DNA from: an archaeon
Lineage (GTDB): Archaea; Iainarchaeota; Iainarchaeia; Iainarchaeales; CSSED10-239
Reading direction: 5' to 3'
Length of the DNA stretch: 64,000 nucleotides
Assembly: GCA_035390665.1 (NCBI GenBank)
Contig: DAOOUC010000001.1
Span: 10,651 to 74,650, forward strand
The notes beneath the pieces were generated by a model. It saw only the letters and a list, made by a program, of their open reading frames with translations. It ran no database searches and was not told the origin of the DNA. This document shows, piece after piece, positions 1 through 7,373 of this stretch. The position numbers and the translations under genes were made by a program. Position 1 is the stretch's first letter, and each line of letters opens with the position of its first letter.

Positions 1-756
1 TCCTATAAAAACATTTAATGCAGAAGATATTGCGTGTTTTTGAGTTGTTCCTTTTTCTGTTTTTTTTGCAGAGTACATACTTATAGAATCAGATAAAGAA
101 TCTGCAACCGCAACACTAACAATTCCACCAATTACTGCTAATTTTGAGGATGTTGCACTTAATAAACCAATCATAACTCCAAGAGTTGTTAATACCCCTC
201 CAGAAATTCCAAATGCAAATCTGCCTAATTTCTCGAAAACTTTGTGGAATAATATTGAAAAATTATTTTGTGATTTAATAAAAATATCAAGATAACTTTT
301 GATTAATTTAGGCGATATATAGTCTTTAAATTTCTCAGAAACTTTATTTATTAAAATAACGTCTTTTTCTTTCATTGCAGTAAACTCAATATATTTTCCA
401 AAATTATCAATGTCATCTATGTGAATGACAATAGAATCTAAAATTGCAGTAATTCTTTTTTTATGAATGTGTGCTATTTCTTTTGATTTTTCTTCCTTCG
501 TTATTATCTTATATTCAATTTTTTCAACTATTAAATCTTTTTTTATTTCTAAATTTTTTATACTTACTATCTTTTCTTCAATTTCTCCTTCTTTTCTTAT
601 CTTTGTATAAGAAAGAGAATTATCTCCGTTCTCTAAGAAATATCTATCCTCACAAACTACTTCGCTTATGATTTTTGCTCCAATATTAACTAGAAATTCT
701 TTACTTATTTCTTTTTTTAACTTATAGCGTTTTAAATAAACAGTTGTTGCATTCAT
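1..756 (-). CDS. Partial CDS (3' end off-window): CYTH/CyaB-like N-terminal domain fused to a VIT1/CCC1-family membrane transporter domain
   Basis: Absent from the ORF track because there is no stop in the window. Hand translation from ATG 754-756 (minus) gives MNATTVYLKRYKLKKEISKEFLVN...HIDDIDNFGKYIEFTAMKEK (CyaB-like pattern), then FGISGGVLTTLGVMIGLLSA...VAVADSLSDSISMYSAKK (VIT1-like). The frame is open to position 1. Confidence 0.5.
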   Translation of the reverse strand, partial: MNATTVYLKRYKLKKEISKEFLVNIGAKIISEVVCEDRYFLENGDNSLSYTKIRKEGEIEEKIVSIKNLEIKKDLIVEKIEYKIITKEEKSKEIAHIHKKRITAILDSIVIHIDDIDNFGKYIEFTAMKEKDVILINKVSEKFKDYISPKLIKSYLDIFIKSQNNFSILFHKVFEKLGRFAFGISGGVLTTLGVMIGLLSATSSKLAVIGGIVSVAVADSLSDSISMYSAKKTEKGTTQKHAISSALNVFIG

Positions 757-812
757 ATATAGATATAATTAAAATCAATAGTTTTTTAATTGTTAACTTA
801 TAATATCTAATT

Positions 813-1187
813 ATGAATAAAAAGCACAAATTCTTTAGATCAGGGAAAGTAAGTGTTTATGTTTCTATAATTGTATTAAGTGTAATCATTGGAGGGATTA
901 TTTTTTGGTTAACAACTGCTCCAGATAACACAAGCAAATATAAAGATGAAGCAATTGCTAATTGTGTTTCTTTATGTAAAACTGAAATTGCAAAAGGAAC
1001 AATATTAAATAGTGGTCCTTGCTTATCAAACAACATTGCAACCGATTGGGCTTGTGATATTGTAAGTAATCCTAGAAACAAGCTTATTGATGATTTGCCT
1101 GATAATCAATGTAAAGATTATAGAAGTGGGAAGGTTCGTCATTTTGTTGAAATAACTCCAGAATGTAATTATGTAAGATCAAATTAG
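813..1187 (+). CDS. Small membrane-anchored cysteine-containing protein, function unknown
   Basis: N-terminal TM helix VYVSIIVLSVIIGGIIFWL followed by a Cys-containing soluble part. No family recognised. Confidence 0.35.
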   Translation: MNKKHKFFRSGKVSVYVSIIVLSVIIGGIIFWLTTAPDNTSKYKDEAIANCVSLCKTEIAKGTILNSGPCLSNNIATDWACDIVSNPRNKLIDDLPDNQCKDYRSGKVRHFVEITPECNYVRSN

Positions 1188-2021
1188 ATATATCAAAATT
1201 ACAAATATCATCAACACTACTTGAATTGGAAGAGCAGGTAGTGCTTTTATTTTTGCTTTATATCTATCTAAGATATAAAATGTTATAAAAAGTCCAACAA
1301 TTGAAGCAAGCCATACACTAGTAACTGCAAGAATTGAAAATAACATTGTTTTTGTTTTTATTAAAAGCATAAAAAGACTTGTCGAGACAACTGCAGGAAT
1401 TACTATGTCTCCTCCACCAAGTTTATATTCTCTTTTCTTTGATGGAAGTAAAAATATTAAAGACACTTTCTTTGTAATTATCATATTTGCTAAAGTAACC
1501 ATGTGTTTAGTATAAAACACAGCAATAATGTCATAAATTGCAAGAAGAGTTAAAAGTACAATCACGGGGATAATCCCAAGACTTAAACCCATAATTGTTG
1601 CTGCCCCAGATATTGCAACACCTAATAATAAATTATTGTACCATTTTGAATAAATGGTTTCTTCCTTTCTTGTATATTTTACTATCAATAAAAATATTGT
1701 TGCAAGATATGAAAGAAACGGAGAAATAACTAAACTGAAAACTAAAGAAATTCCAGAAAACAATGCAAGAGTTTCAATTATAAATAAGAAGTTTCCACTT
1801 TTAAAGAATTTTTTAAGTATTAAGATTACTATAGTAAAAAATATTATATAACCTACAATAAAAACAGCATTCCAAACACTATTTGGATTTTTATCAATTA
1901 TTGTTAATTGTAAGTTTTGAGGAATCAAGTGTATTGAGATAATTAAACTAAGAATCTGGCAAAACAAAAAAATTCCAAAAAAAGATAATATAAATGTTTT
2001 GTCTTTTAATGCGTTGTTCAT
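1179..2021 (-). CDS. Presenilin/signal-peptide-peptidase family intramembrane aspartyl protease (A22)
   Basis: Polytopic membrane protein with the three family signatures in order: LAIYDIIAVF (YD), KLGGGDIVIPA (GxGD), KALPALPIQ (PAL). Confidence 0.75.
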   Translation of the reverse strand: MNNALKDKTFILSFFGIFLFCQILSLIISIHLIPQNLQLTIIDKNPNSVWNAVFIVGYIIFFTIVILILKKFFKSGNFLFIIETLALFSGISLVFSLVISPFLSYLATIFLLIVKYTRKEETIYSKWYNNLLLGVAISGAATIMGLSLGIIPVIVLLTLLAIYDIIAVFYTKHMVTLANMIITKKVSLIFLLPSKKREYKLGGGDIVIPAVVSTSLFMLLIKTKTMLFSILAVTSVWLASIVGLFITFYILDRYKAKIKALPALPIQVVLMIFVILIYLI

Positions 2022-2025
2022 GTTA

Positions 2026-4149
2026 TCACATAGATGTGTTGTCTATTGGTTTTAAATAACCGTTCTTTGGCTCGTATAGTTCTCCAGATTTCTTTAGTCT
2101 TGAAATTGCATCATTTAATTTGTCTTTACCTATGTTTTGTTTTTCTAAAGTTTCTGAAAGGTCTCCATAGGAAACAGGATTGCCGTTAGTGGTCATATCT
2201 CTTATAATATTTAAAACTCTTTTAATAAATTGTCTTTCGCTTGATGATGTTCCTGTTGTTATTATGTCGATATCTATCTTTCCGGTCTCTTGATCTGTTG
2301 CTGTTTGCTCTAAAGATATTTTAAAAATTCTAATTGCTCTTTGTGCGTCCTCTAATTCTATTTTACTTTTTAATCTTACTTTTGCACTGGCTTCAGAAAG
2401 TCTTATTAGACCTTCTAACTGTCTTGGGGTTGCTGAATAACTTCCGTGCCTTCTTCCAAGATCTCTTAAGTCAATATAATAGTTTAGTATTAGATTTGAG
2501 GCTTCTTTACTTAAGGTAGGTTTTATTCTTTGTCTTGCATAAGCAACATATTTCTTGAAAAGGTTTGCATCAACTTTTGGTAAAACTGTTTCTTCCATTC
2601 TTTCAATTTCTTCTTTTGTTAATTCCATATTTGGAGTTGAAAGTTTTTGGGCAGCTTCTTGAACATCAATAATGTGTTTTCCCATTTCTATATCTAAAGT
2701 TCTGTTCAATGTGTCTTTTATTATAAAATATAAATCAAATCTAGAAAGAAGAGAAAATGGTAAATCAATTTGCTCTATTGGATTTTTTACTTTATCAAAT
2801 CTATTAAACTTTGGATTAGCGGCTGCAAGAATGGAAGTGTCTGCTCTAAACTTAGCATAGAGTCCTGCCTTAGAAACAGAAACTGTTGCTTGAGCCATTG
2901 CTTCGTGAAGGGAACTTCTATCTTCTGGTTCCATCTTATCAAATTCATCAATCATGGCTATACCACCACTAGCAAGAACAACAGCTCCAGCTTTAAGTGT
3001 CCAGCCACCTTCTCCAAAATCGTCTTTAATTGCACTTACTGTTAAACCTGCACCAGATGCGGACTTTCCTGCAACATACATACTTTTTGGTGCAATTGTT
3101 GCTGCGTTTCTTAATAGTTCGGACTTACCTGTTGAGGGGTCACCAACTAGAAGAACATGAATGTTTCCTCTAAACTCTTGTTTGTTTACTTTCTTTTTCA
3201 CACCACCAAACATTTGTAAGGTGATTGCCTCTTTAACAATTTCGTGACCATAAATCTTTGGAGCAATTGATTGTGTTAATAATTCAAAGACATCTTCTTT
3301 TTTTGCAAGTTGTTTAATCTCTTGTTCTTCTTCAGGAGTAATGTCTAATTCTTCAAATTCTTGATCTATTTTTTCTAAATGATTTGCAATTATGAATTTG
3401 TTATAGTTTGCTTCCTTTTGTGGTTTTAATTTTACAACACCTGTAACAATTACTTTATCTCCTGCTGAACAGGTGTTAACAAGATCATCAGAGATATAAA
3501 CTTCTAAATGATTTGCTTGTTCACTTCCTTTTAGATTTTCAATTGATTCTTGAATTTCTAGTTTCTGATAATCAATAAATTTACTTTGTTCTAAATCTAT
3601 ATCGAAATCTCTTGATTTACAATCACATATTGCTGGTTTAGAAAGAGTTGAACTTGTCTGCTTAATAGTGTAAGTGTTCTGACATTTTTTACATACAAAT
3701 AGTCCTTCGGTCATTTTCTGTAATCTTTCTGTTATTCTTCTTATCATTCCTTCAACAGAAATTAAAATCGTTAATTGATCAGAACCAACATCTCTTATTG
3801 GAACTCTAAATTCCTCTGGGAGATTAAAAAACCTTATGTGTGGTTCAAAGTTTTGATCTGTTTGTTCTAAGATACCAACATCTATTTTTTTTAATGCTGC
3901 TTTTGCTGCTTCAAAGATTAGATTTGGATTTTCTATTAATCTTTCTGAAAGATTTAAATCAAATGCTTCAAGTTTTTTAAAATCTAAATTTAGACTTCTT
4001 TTTTCAGGATAATTAGATGCTAAATATTCTATTTCTTTTTTGTAAACAACATTAAAGAAATCTTCAAAAACAGAAATATACTCGTCAAGTCCTGATTCGT
4101 TTACAGAACTAGAATTGTCTTCAAATCCTTCAAAATCAAACTCTGCCAT
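2026..4149 (-). CDS. mcm: MCM replicative helicase
   Basis: 707 aa. Zn finger CKKCQ...CDCKS, Walker A GDPSTGKS, Walker B MIDEFDKM, arginine finger SRFDL, C-terminal winged-helix-like tail. Confidence 0.95.
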   Translation of the reverse strand: MAEFDFEGFEDNSSSVNESGLDEYISVFEDFFNVVYKKEIEYLASNYPEKRSLNLDFKKLEAFDLNLSERLIENPNLIFEAAKAALKKIDVGILEQTDQNFEPHIRFFNLPEEFRVPIRDVGSDQLTILISVEGMIRRITERLQKMTEGLFVCKKCQNTYTIKQTSSTLSKPAICDCKSRDFDIDLEQSKFIDYQKLEIQESIENLKGSEQANHLEVYISDDLVNTCSAGDKVIVTGVVKLKPQKEANYNKFIIANHLEKIDQEFEELDITPEEEQEIKQLAKKEDVFELLTQSIAPKIYGHEIVKEAITLQMFGGVKKKVNKQEFRGNIHVLLVGDPSTGKSELLRNAATIAPKSMYVAGKSASGAGLTVSAIKDDFGEGGWTLKAGAVVLASGGIAMIDEFDKMEPEDRSSLHEAMAQATVSVSKAGLYAKFRADTSILAAANPKFNRFDKVKNPIEQIDLPFSLLSRFDLYFIIKDTLNRTLDIEMGKHIIDVQEAAQKLSTPNMELTKEEIERMEETVLPKVDANLFKKYVAYARQRIKPTLSKEASNLILNYYIDLRDLGRRHGSYSATPRQLEGLIRLSEASAKVRLKSKIELEDAQRAIRIFKISLEQTATDQETGKIDIDIITTGTSSSERQFIKRVLNIIRDMTTNGNPVSYGDLSETLEKQNIGKDKLNDAISRLKKSGELYEPKNGYLKPIDNTSM

Positions 4150-4283
4150 TTTTTATTCCTGTTTTTTTGTTTTTAGTTTATAATATATAAGAGCAAACGC
4201 ATTATATTAAAATGCAGGTAAGAAAACCTTGTGAAATTGCTAAAATACTTAAGAAATATTACAGGAAGTGAAGGGGTTTTTAC

Positions 4284-4616
4284 CTATAATGGCCTTTTTC
4301 TAGACATTCTTTTATGTATTTTCTTCATCCTTTCTATTCCAGGCACAAGTATTTTTCCTACATTGTCTCTTTTTGCATAAATTTTATCTAGATGCCCTTT
4401 TAATTCTGTTCTTAATAATTTCTTAACTGCTTCTTTATCTTTTGGAACTAAATCATTTACAGGTGTGCTCTTTTGAGCATAGTGTTTTCCTGATTTTGTA
4501 GTTATCTCGTAAAGTTCAAAAGTGTCTGGATCAATTGCTAAAGGGTTATGACCATTATTTAAAGTTCTAATTTTATCTTTTAAATGACGAATGTCTTGCT
4601 TTGAAATATGTGGATT
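4284..4616 (-). other. Start-less 110-codon open frame continuing in phase directly after the TAA stop of 4617..5240
   Basis: Hand translation (minus): TAA(4617-4619) then NPHISKQDIRHLKDKIRTLNNGHNPLAIDPDTFELYEITTKSGKHYAQKSTPVNDLVPKDKEAVKKLLRTELKGHLDKIYAKRDNVGKILVPGIERMKKIHKRMSRKRPL, ending at TAG (4284-4286). There is no ATG/GTG/TTG until near the end. A stop-free run this long is unlikely to be non-coding in such AT-rich DNA. Confidence 0.5.
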
Positions 4617-5240
4617 TTATGCAACCCCTGCAGAAGATTTCATAAACATTCTTTTTTCTTTACCATCAATAGTCACTTTTGCTGTTGTTAAGGTGTTTGC
4701 TCTTATTGCTCTTAAAAAACCAAGATAACTTTCTTTACATGATTGATTTCTAGGGGGCGATAACAAATATTCTTCTCTTATTAATCTTCCGCTCTCTAGT
4801 GTTTTTATTATTCTTTGTATTGGTGTGTGTGTTCCTTCAATTTTATATTGCTTACTTAGTTTTTTTAAATTGACTACAAATAAAGAAAGCTTATTAGCTA
4901 GTTCTAATCCGTTGTATTTTTGAGAAAGTTTATTTAATGATTTTATGATTTCTTTTCTTTCTATATAATGCATATTATTAACATAATCTAAAACTTCATT
5001 TGAAAATATCTTTCCAAAATCTAAAAATTGGCCTCTTATTTTTAGTGAACCAAGAACTTCTTTTCTTGACATTAGGAATTCGTAAAAGTCAGAAATAAAA
5101 TCTTTAGAGGTTAATGCAAGTTCATATTTTTCCTTATCAAAAAAATAAAACTCTGCTCTATCTGCTTTTTGTTTTATAACTATATTTTCTTTTTCTTCTT
5201 CAGGAACGTTTTTTCTTGAAAAAATAAATTCTGTTTTCAT
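4617..5240 (-). CDS. Hypothetical protein in the mcm-rpa cluster (RPA-associated role suggested by position only)
   Basis: 207 aa; starts 8 nt after the rpa-like stop, same strand. No motif recognised. Confidence 0.4.
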   Translation of the reverse strand: MKTEFIFSRKNVPEEEKENIVIKQKADRAEFYFFDKEKYELALTSKDFISDFYEFLMSRKEVLGSLKIRGQFLDFGKIFSNEVLDYVNNMHYIERKEIIKSLNKLSQKYNGLELANKLSLFVVNLKKLSKQYKIEGTHTPIQRIIKTLESGRLIREEYLLSPPRNQSCKESYLGFLRAIRANTLTTAKVTIDGKEKRMFMKSSAGVA

Positions 5241-5248
5241 AAACTATC

Positions 5249-6574
5249 TTACTCTAATTCAAAAGTACTTGCCATAAACTCTAATTGATTAGAGAAATCA
5301 TTCATCTTTGCTTTTCCTGTAACTATTACGTGCTTACCAAATAATTTCTTTTCTGCTTTATAATAGATTTCATCTTTTTCTTCAGGAGTTAAATCTTTTT
5401 TAAGTTCTTCTTTTTTTACTTCAAAGGCGTCTTCTAGTAATTGGTTAAAAAGACTTACTTTTATTACTCCTGTGCCGTCATCAATATTAATTGAAGAGAA
5501 GGTGTTCATTGTTGGATCTACAGGTTTATTACAAGCCTCACAAATAAATTCATTATTTATTAAGAAAACTTTTTCTTTACATTCTGGGCATTTAAATGAC
5601 CTTAATGCTCCTTTGTTAATTGTTACAACTGTTCCACTTATCTTGTAGTTGTTATTATTTTCTAAATTGGATATTTTTTCCTCTTTTATATCTGTTGTTG
5701 TTAATTCTGAAAGACTTGGTATCTTTATTTTTGTTTTTGGATTTTTAGTAATTGTTGAGTTCCAGTTGATATATAGTTCTAACTCAGAATCAAAATTTCT
5801 TTCTTTTATTGTTACATCACTTAATCTTACTAAATCGCCTTTTGAAAAACTATTTGAAATCTCTTTAGCAAATGCATCAAAAGCAACACACCTTATGGAT
5901 TTTATTCCATCACTTACTTCAAAGTTAATTACTTGCCTTTCCTTATCTTCTTTTGTAAATGTTTTTATTGGATAAATATTTATTATTCTTGCAATGGTGT
6001 CTACTGGTGATGTTGGTGGGGAATCAATTTCAGAAATCTTAACTGCGGTCTCTTTTATTTTTGGAATGTCTATTCCTTCAGGATCTTTTATTATTTGTCC
6101 GCCTTGTCTTAATGATAGTTCTGTTTTTTCATTATATTGATTTACTCCTGCATCTTTAATAAGTAACAAATCGTTTTTTTCTAAATTTAATTCTTTAACT
6201 ATCTCTGCTTTATCTTGCCATAAATTTAATTTTATAAAACCTGTTTCGTCTTCTAGGTAAAGTGCTTGAATCTTGCCATCACTTCCATCTTTTGATTTGT
6301 ATATTTTTACTGGAGGAATTGATTTTACTCTTGCATATAAAGAAACAGAATCAATGCTTGCTGAAATTTCAGAAACTTTAGTTATTGCACTAGCTTGTTG
6401 TTTTAAATCCAGATCTACTCCAAATTGCTTTGAAAGAAGAATGTTTGCTCCAACATCACTTAAAAGACCTTCGTATTTAGTTTTTATTTCTTCTAATTTT
6501 GTTTGAAGCTCAGAATCAGATTTTCCTGTTTGTTTTTTAATAATATTATAAATTTGTTCACTTGTAAGTTGCAT
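5249..6574 (-). CDS. rpa: RPA-like single-stranded DNA-binding protein (several OB-fold-like segments plus zinc ribbon)
   Basis: 441 aa. C4 zinc ribbon CPECKEKV...CEACNKPV embedded in an OB-like segment, as in archaeal RPA41/RPA70 DBD-C. Adjacent to mcm. Confidence 0.75.
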   Translation of the reverse strand: MQLTSEQIYNIIKKQTGKSDSELQTKLEEIKTKYEGLLSDVGANILLSKQFGVDLDLKQQASAITKVSEISASIDSVSLYARVKSIPPVKIYKSKDGSDGKIQALYLEDETGFIKLNLWQDKAEIVKELNLEKNDLLLIKDAGVNQYNEKTELSLRQGGQIIKDPEGIDIPKIKETAVKISEIDSPPTSPVDTIARIINIYPIKTFTKEDKERQVINFEVSDGIKSIRCVAFDAFAKEISNSFSKGDLVRLSDVTIKERNFDSELELYINWNSTITKNPKTKIKIPSLSELTTTDIKEEKISNLENNNNYKISGTVVTINKGALRSFKCPECKEKVFLINNEFICEACNKPVDPTMNTFSSINIDDGTGVIKVSLFNQLLEDAFEVKKEELKKDLTPEEKDEIYYKAEKKLFGKHVIVTGKAKMNDFSNQLEFMASTFELE

Positions 6575-6658
6575 TATTTTTCACCTAATATATATTTATG
6601 AAAACAATATATTAAAAAGTTACCTGGAGCGGCCACCTTTTGTAATATTTGGAATTTA

Positions 6659-6985
6659 TTATGTAATTATTTCTCTTAATAATTTCTCTAATTCTAAATA
6701 TATTTCTTTTCTTTTGCTATAGCACAAATAACAAATTTTTTGCATAACTGTATGTTTTGGCAACATAAAAATGTAATTTAATTTTAGTATACTTTCTTTT
6801 ATTAACCCATCTCCTTTAGTCAATCTTATTCCAGACATTTTTAAATTACTAGTTATACCAATAACAACAATATTTTCAAAATCAGAAAATAAAACAAAGG
6901 CAGGCCTTATTTTAGAATTAGAATTATCAATAAATGGAACATCTATTAAAACTATTTCTCCTGCTTTGACCTCCATTTTTCCCAA
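6659..6985 (-). CDS. PemK/MazF-family toxin
   Basis: GEIVLIDVPF...KIRPAFVLF...VVIGITSN matches the MazF/PemK pattern. Overlaps the upstream small gene by 34 nt. Confidence 0.65.
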   Translation of the reverse strand: MGKMEVKAGEIVLIDVPFIDNSNSKIRPAFVLFSDFENIVVIGITSNLKMSGIRLTKGDGLIKESILKLNYIFMLPKHTVMQKICYLCYSKRKEIYLELEKLLREIIT

Positions 6986-7200
6986 TCCTCATCTTCTTTA
7001 TTATCCCATAATTCTTTCATTTTTGTTTTTTGAGCGGCAAGCACAATTTTAAGATATTCATCTTTTGCTTTTCTAGACTTTAATAGATTAGATATTACTT
7101 CATCAAAAGATTGCCTTGGGTGCAGCTTTAATTTTTTTAAATTATTTACTACTGTTTTTGACAACTGGATTGTTGTATATTCTTGCATATCTATAATCAC
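6952..7200 (-). CDS. Putative cognate antitoxin of the MazF-like toxin
   Basis: 82 aa, immediately upstream of and overlapping the toxin gene. Assignment rests on gene-pair architecture only. Confidence 0.4.
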   Translation of the reverse strand: MIIDMQEYTTIQLSKTVVNNLKKLKLHPRQSFDEVISNLLKSRKAKDEYLKIVLAAQKTKMKELWDNKEDEDWEKWRSKQEK

Positions 7201-7251
7201 CTATAAGTAATTATAGTTGGATGCTCTTTTAAACCCTATAGTTATATTAGT

Positions 7252-7296
7252 GTTTTTCAAAAGGGCATATTTTTCGGGGGGGTAGCTGTCCAGTGC
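7252..7296. repeat. Copy A (short) of a conserved element: GTTTTTCAAAAGGGCATATTTTTCGGGGGGGTAGCTGTCCAGTGC
   Basis: Near-identical to 16577-16622 and closely similar to 10623-10652. Lies 52 nt upstream of the antitoxin start (minus) and 78 nt upstream of the FlaI-like start (plus). Confidence 0.85.
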
Positions 7297-7373
7297 GAGA
7301 AACCAAAACAAAGAAATATAAATATAAAGTTGTATTATATATTTACTAAAATATATTTTAAGAATGAGAAAAC

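Noticed and set aside
471-671. ORF-track entry (66 aa, Leu/Phe-rich) on the plus strand
   Set aside because: It is low-complexity and lies antisense to the well-supported minus-strand CYTH/VIT1 gene. The same applies to 857..1081, 1654..1851, 2334..3160, 5649..6506 and 7691..7957.
7272-7296. The G-run/GTAGCTGTCCAGTGC block as a tRNA 5' half (split tRNA), or as SRP/Alu-like because of its similarity to CAGCTAC...GGGAGG strings
   Set aside because: The D-arm cannot be formed: there is no GG in a D loop and no complementary stem. No matching 3' half was found. The 7SL resemblance is a reordered short-word coincidence, not collinear.
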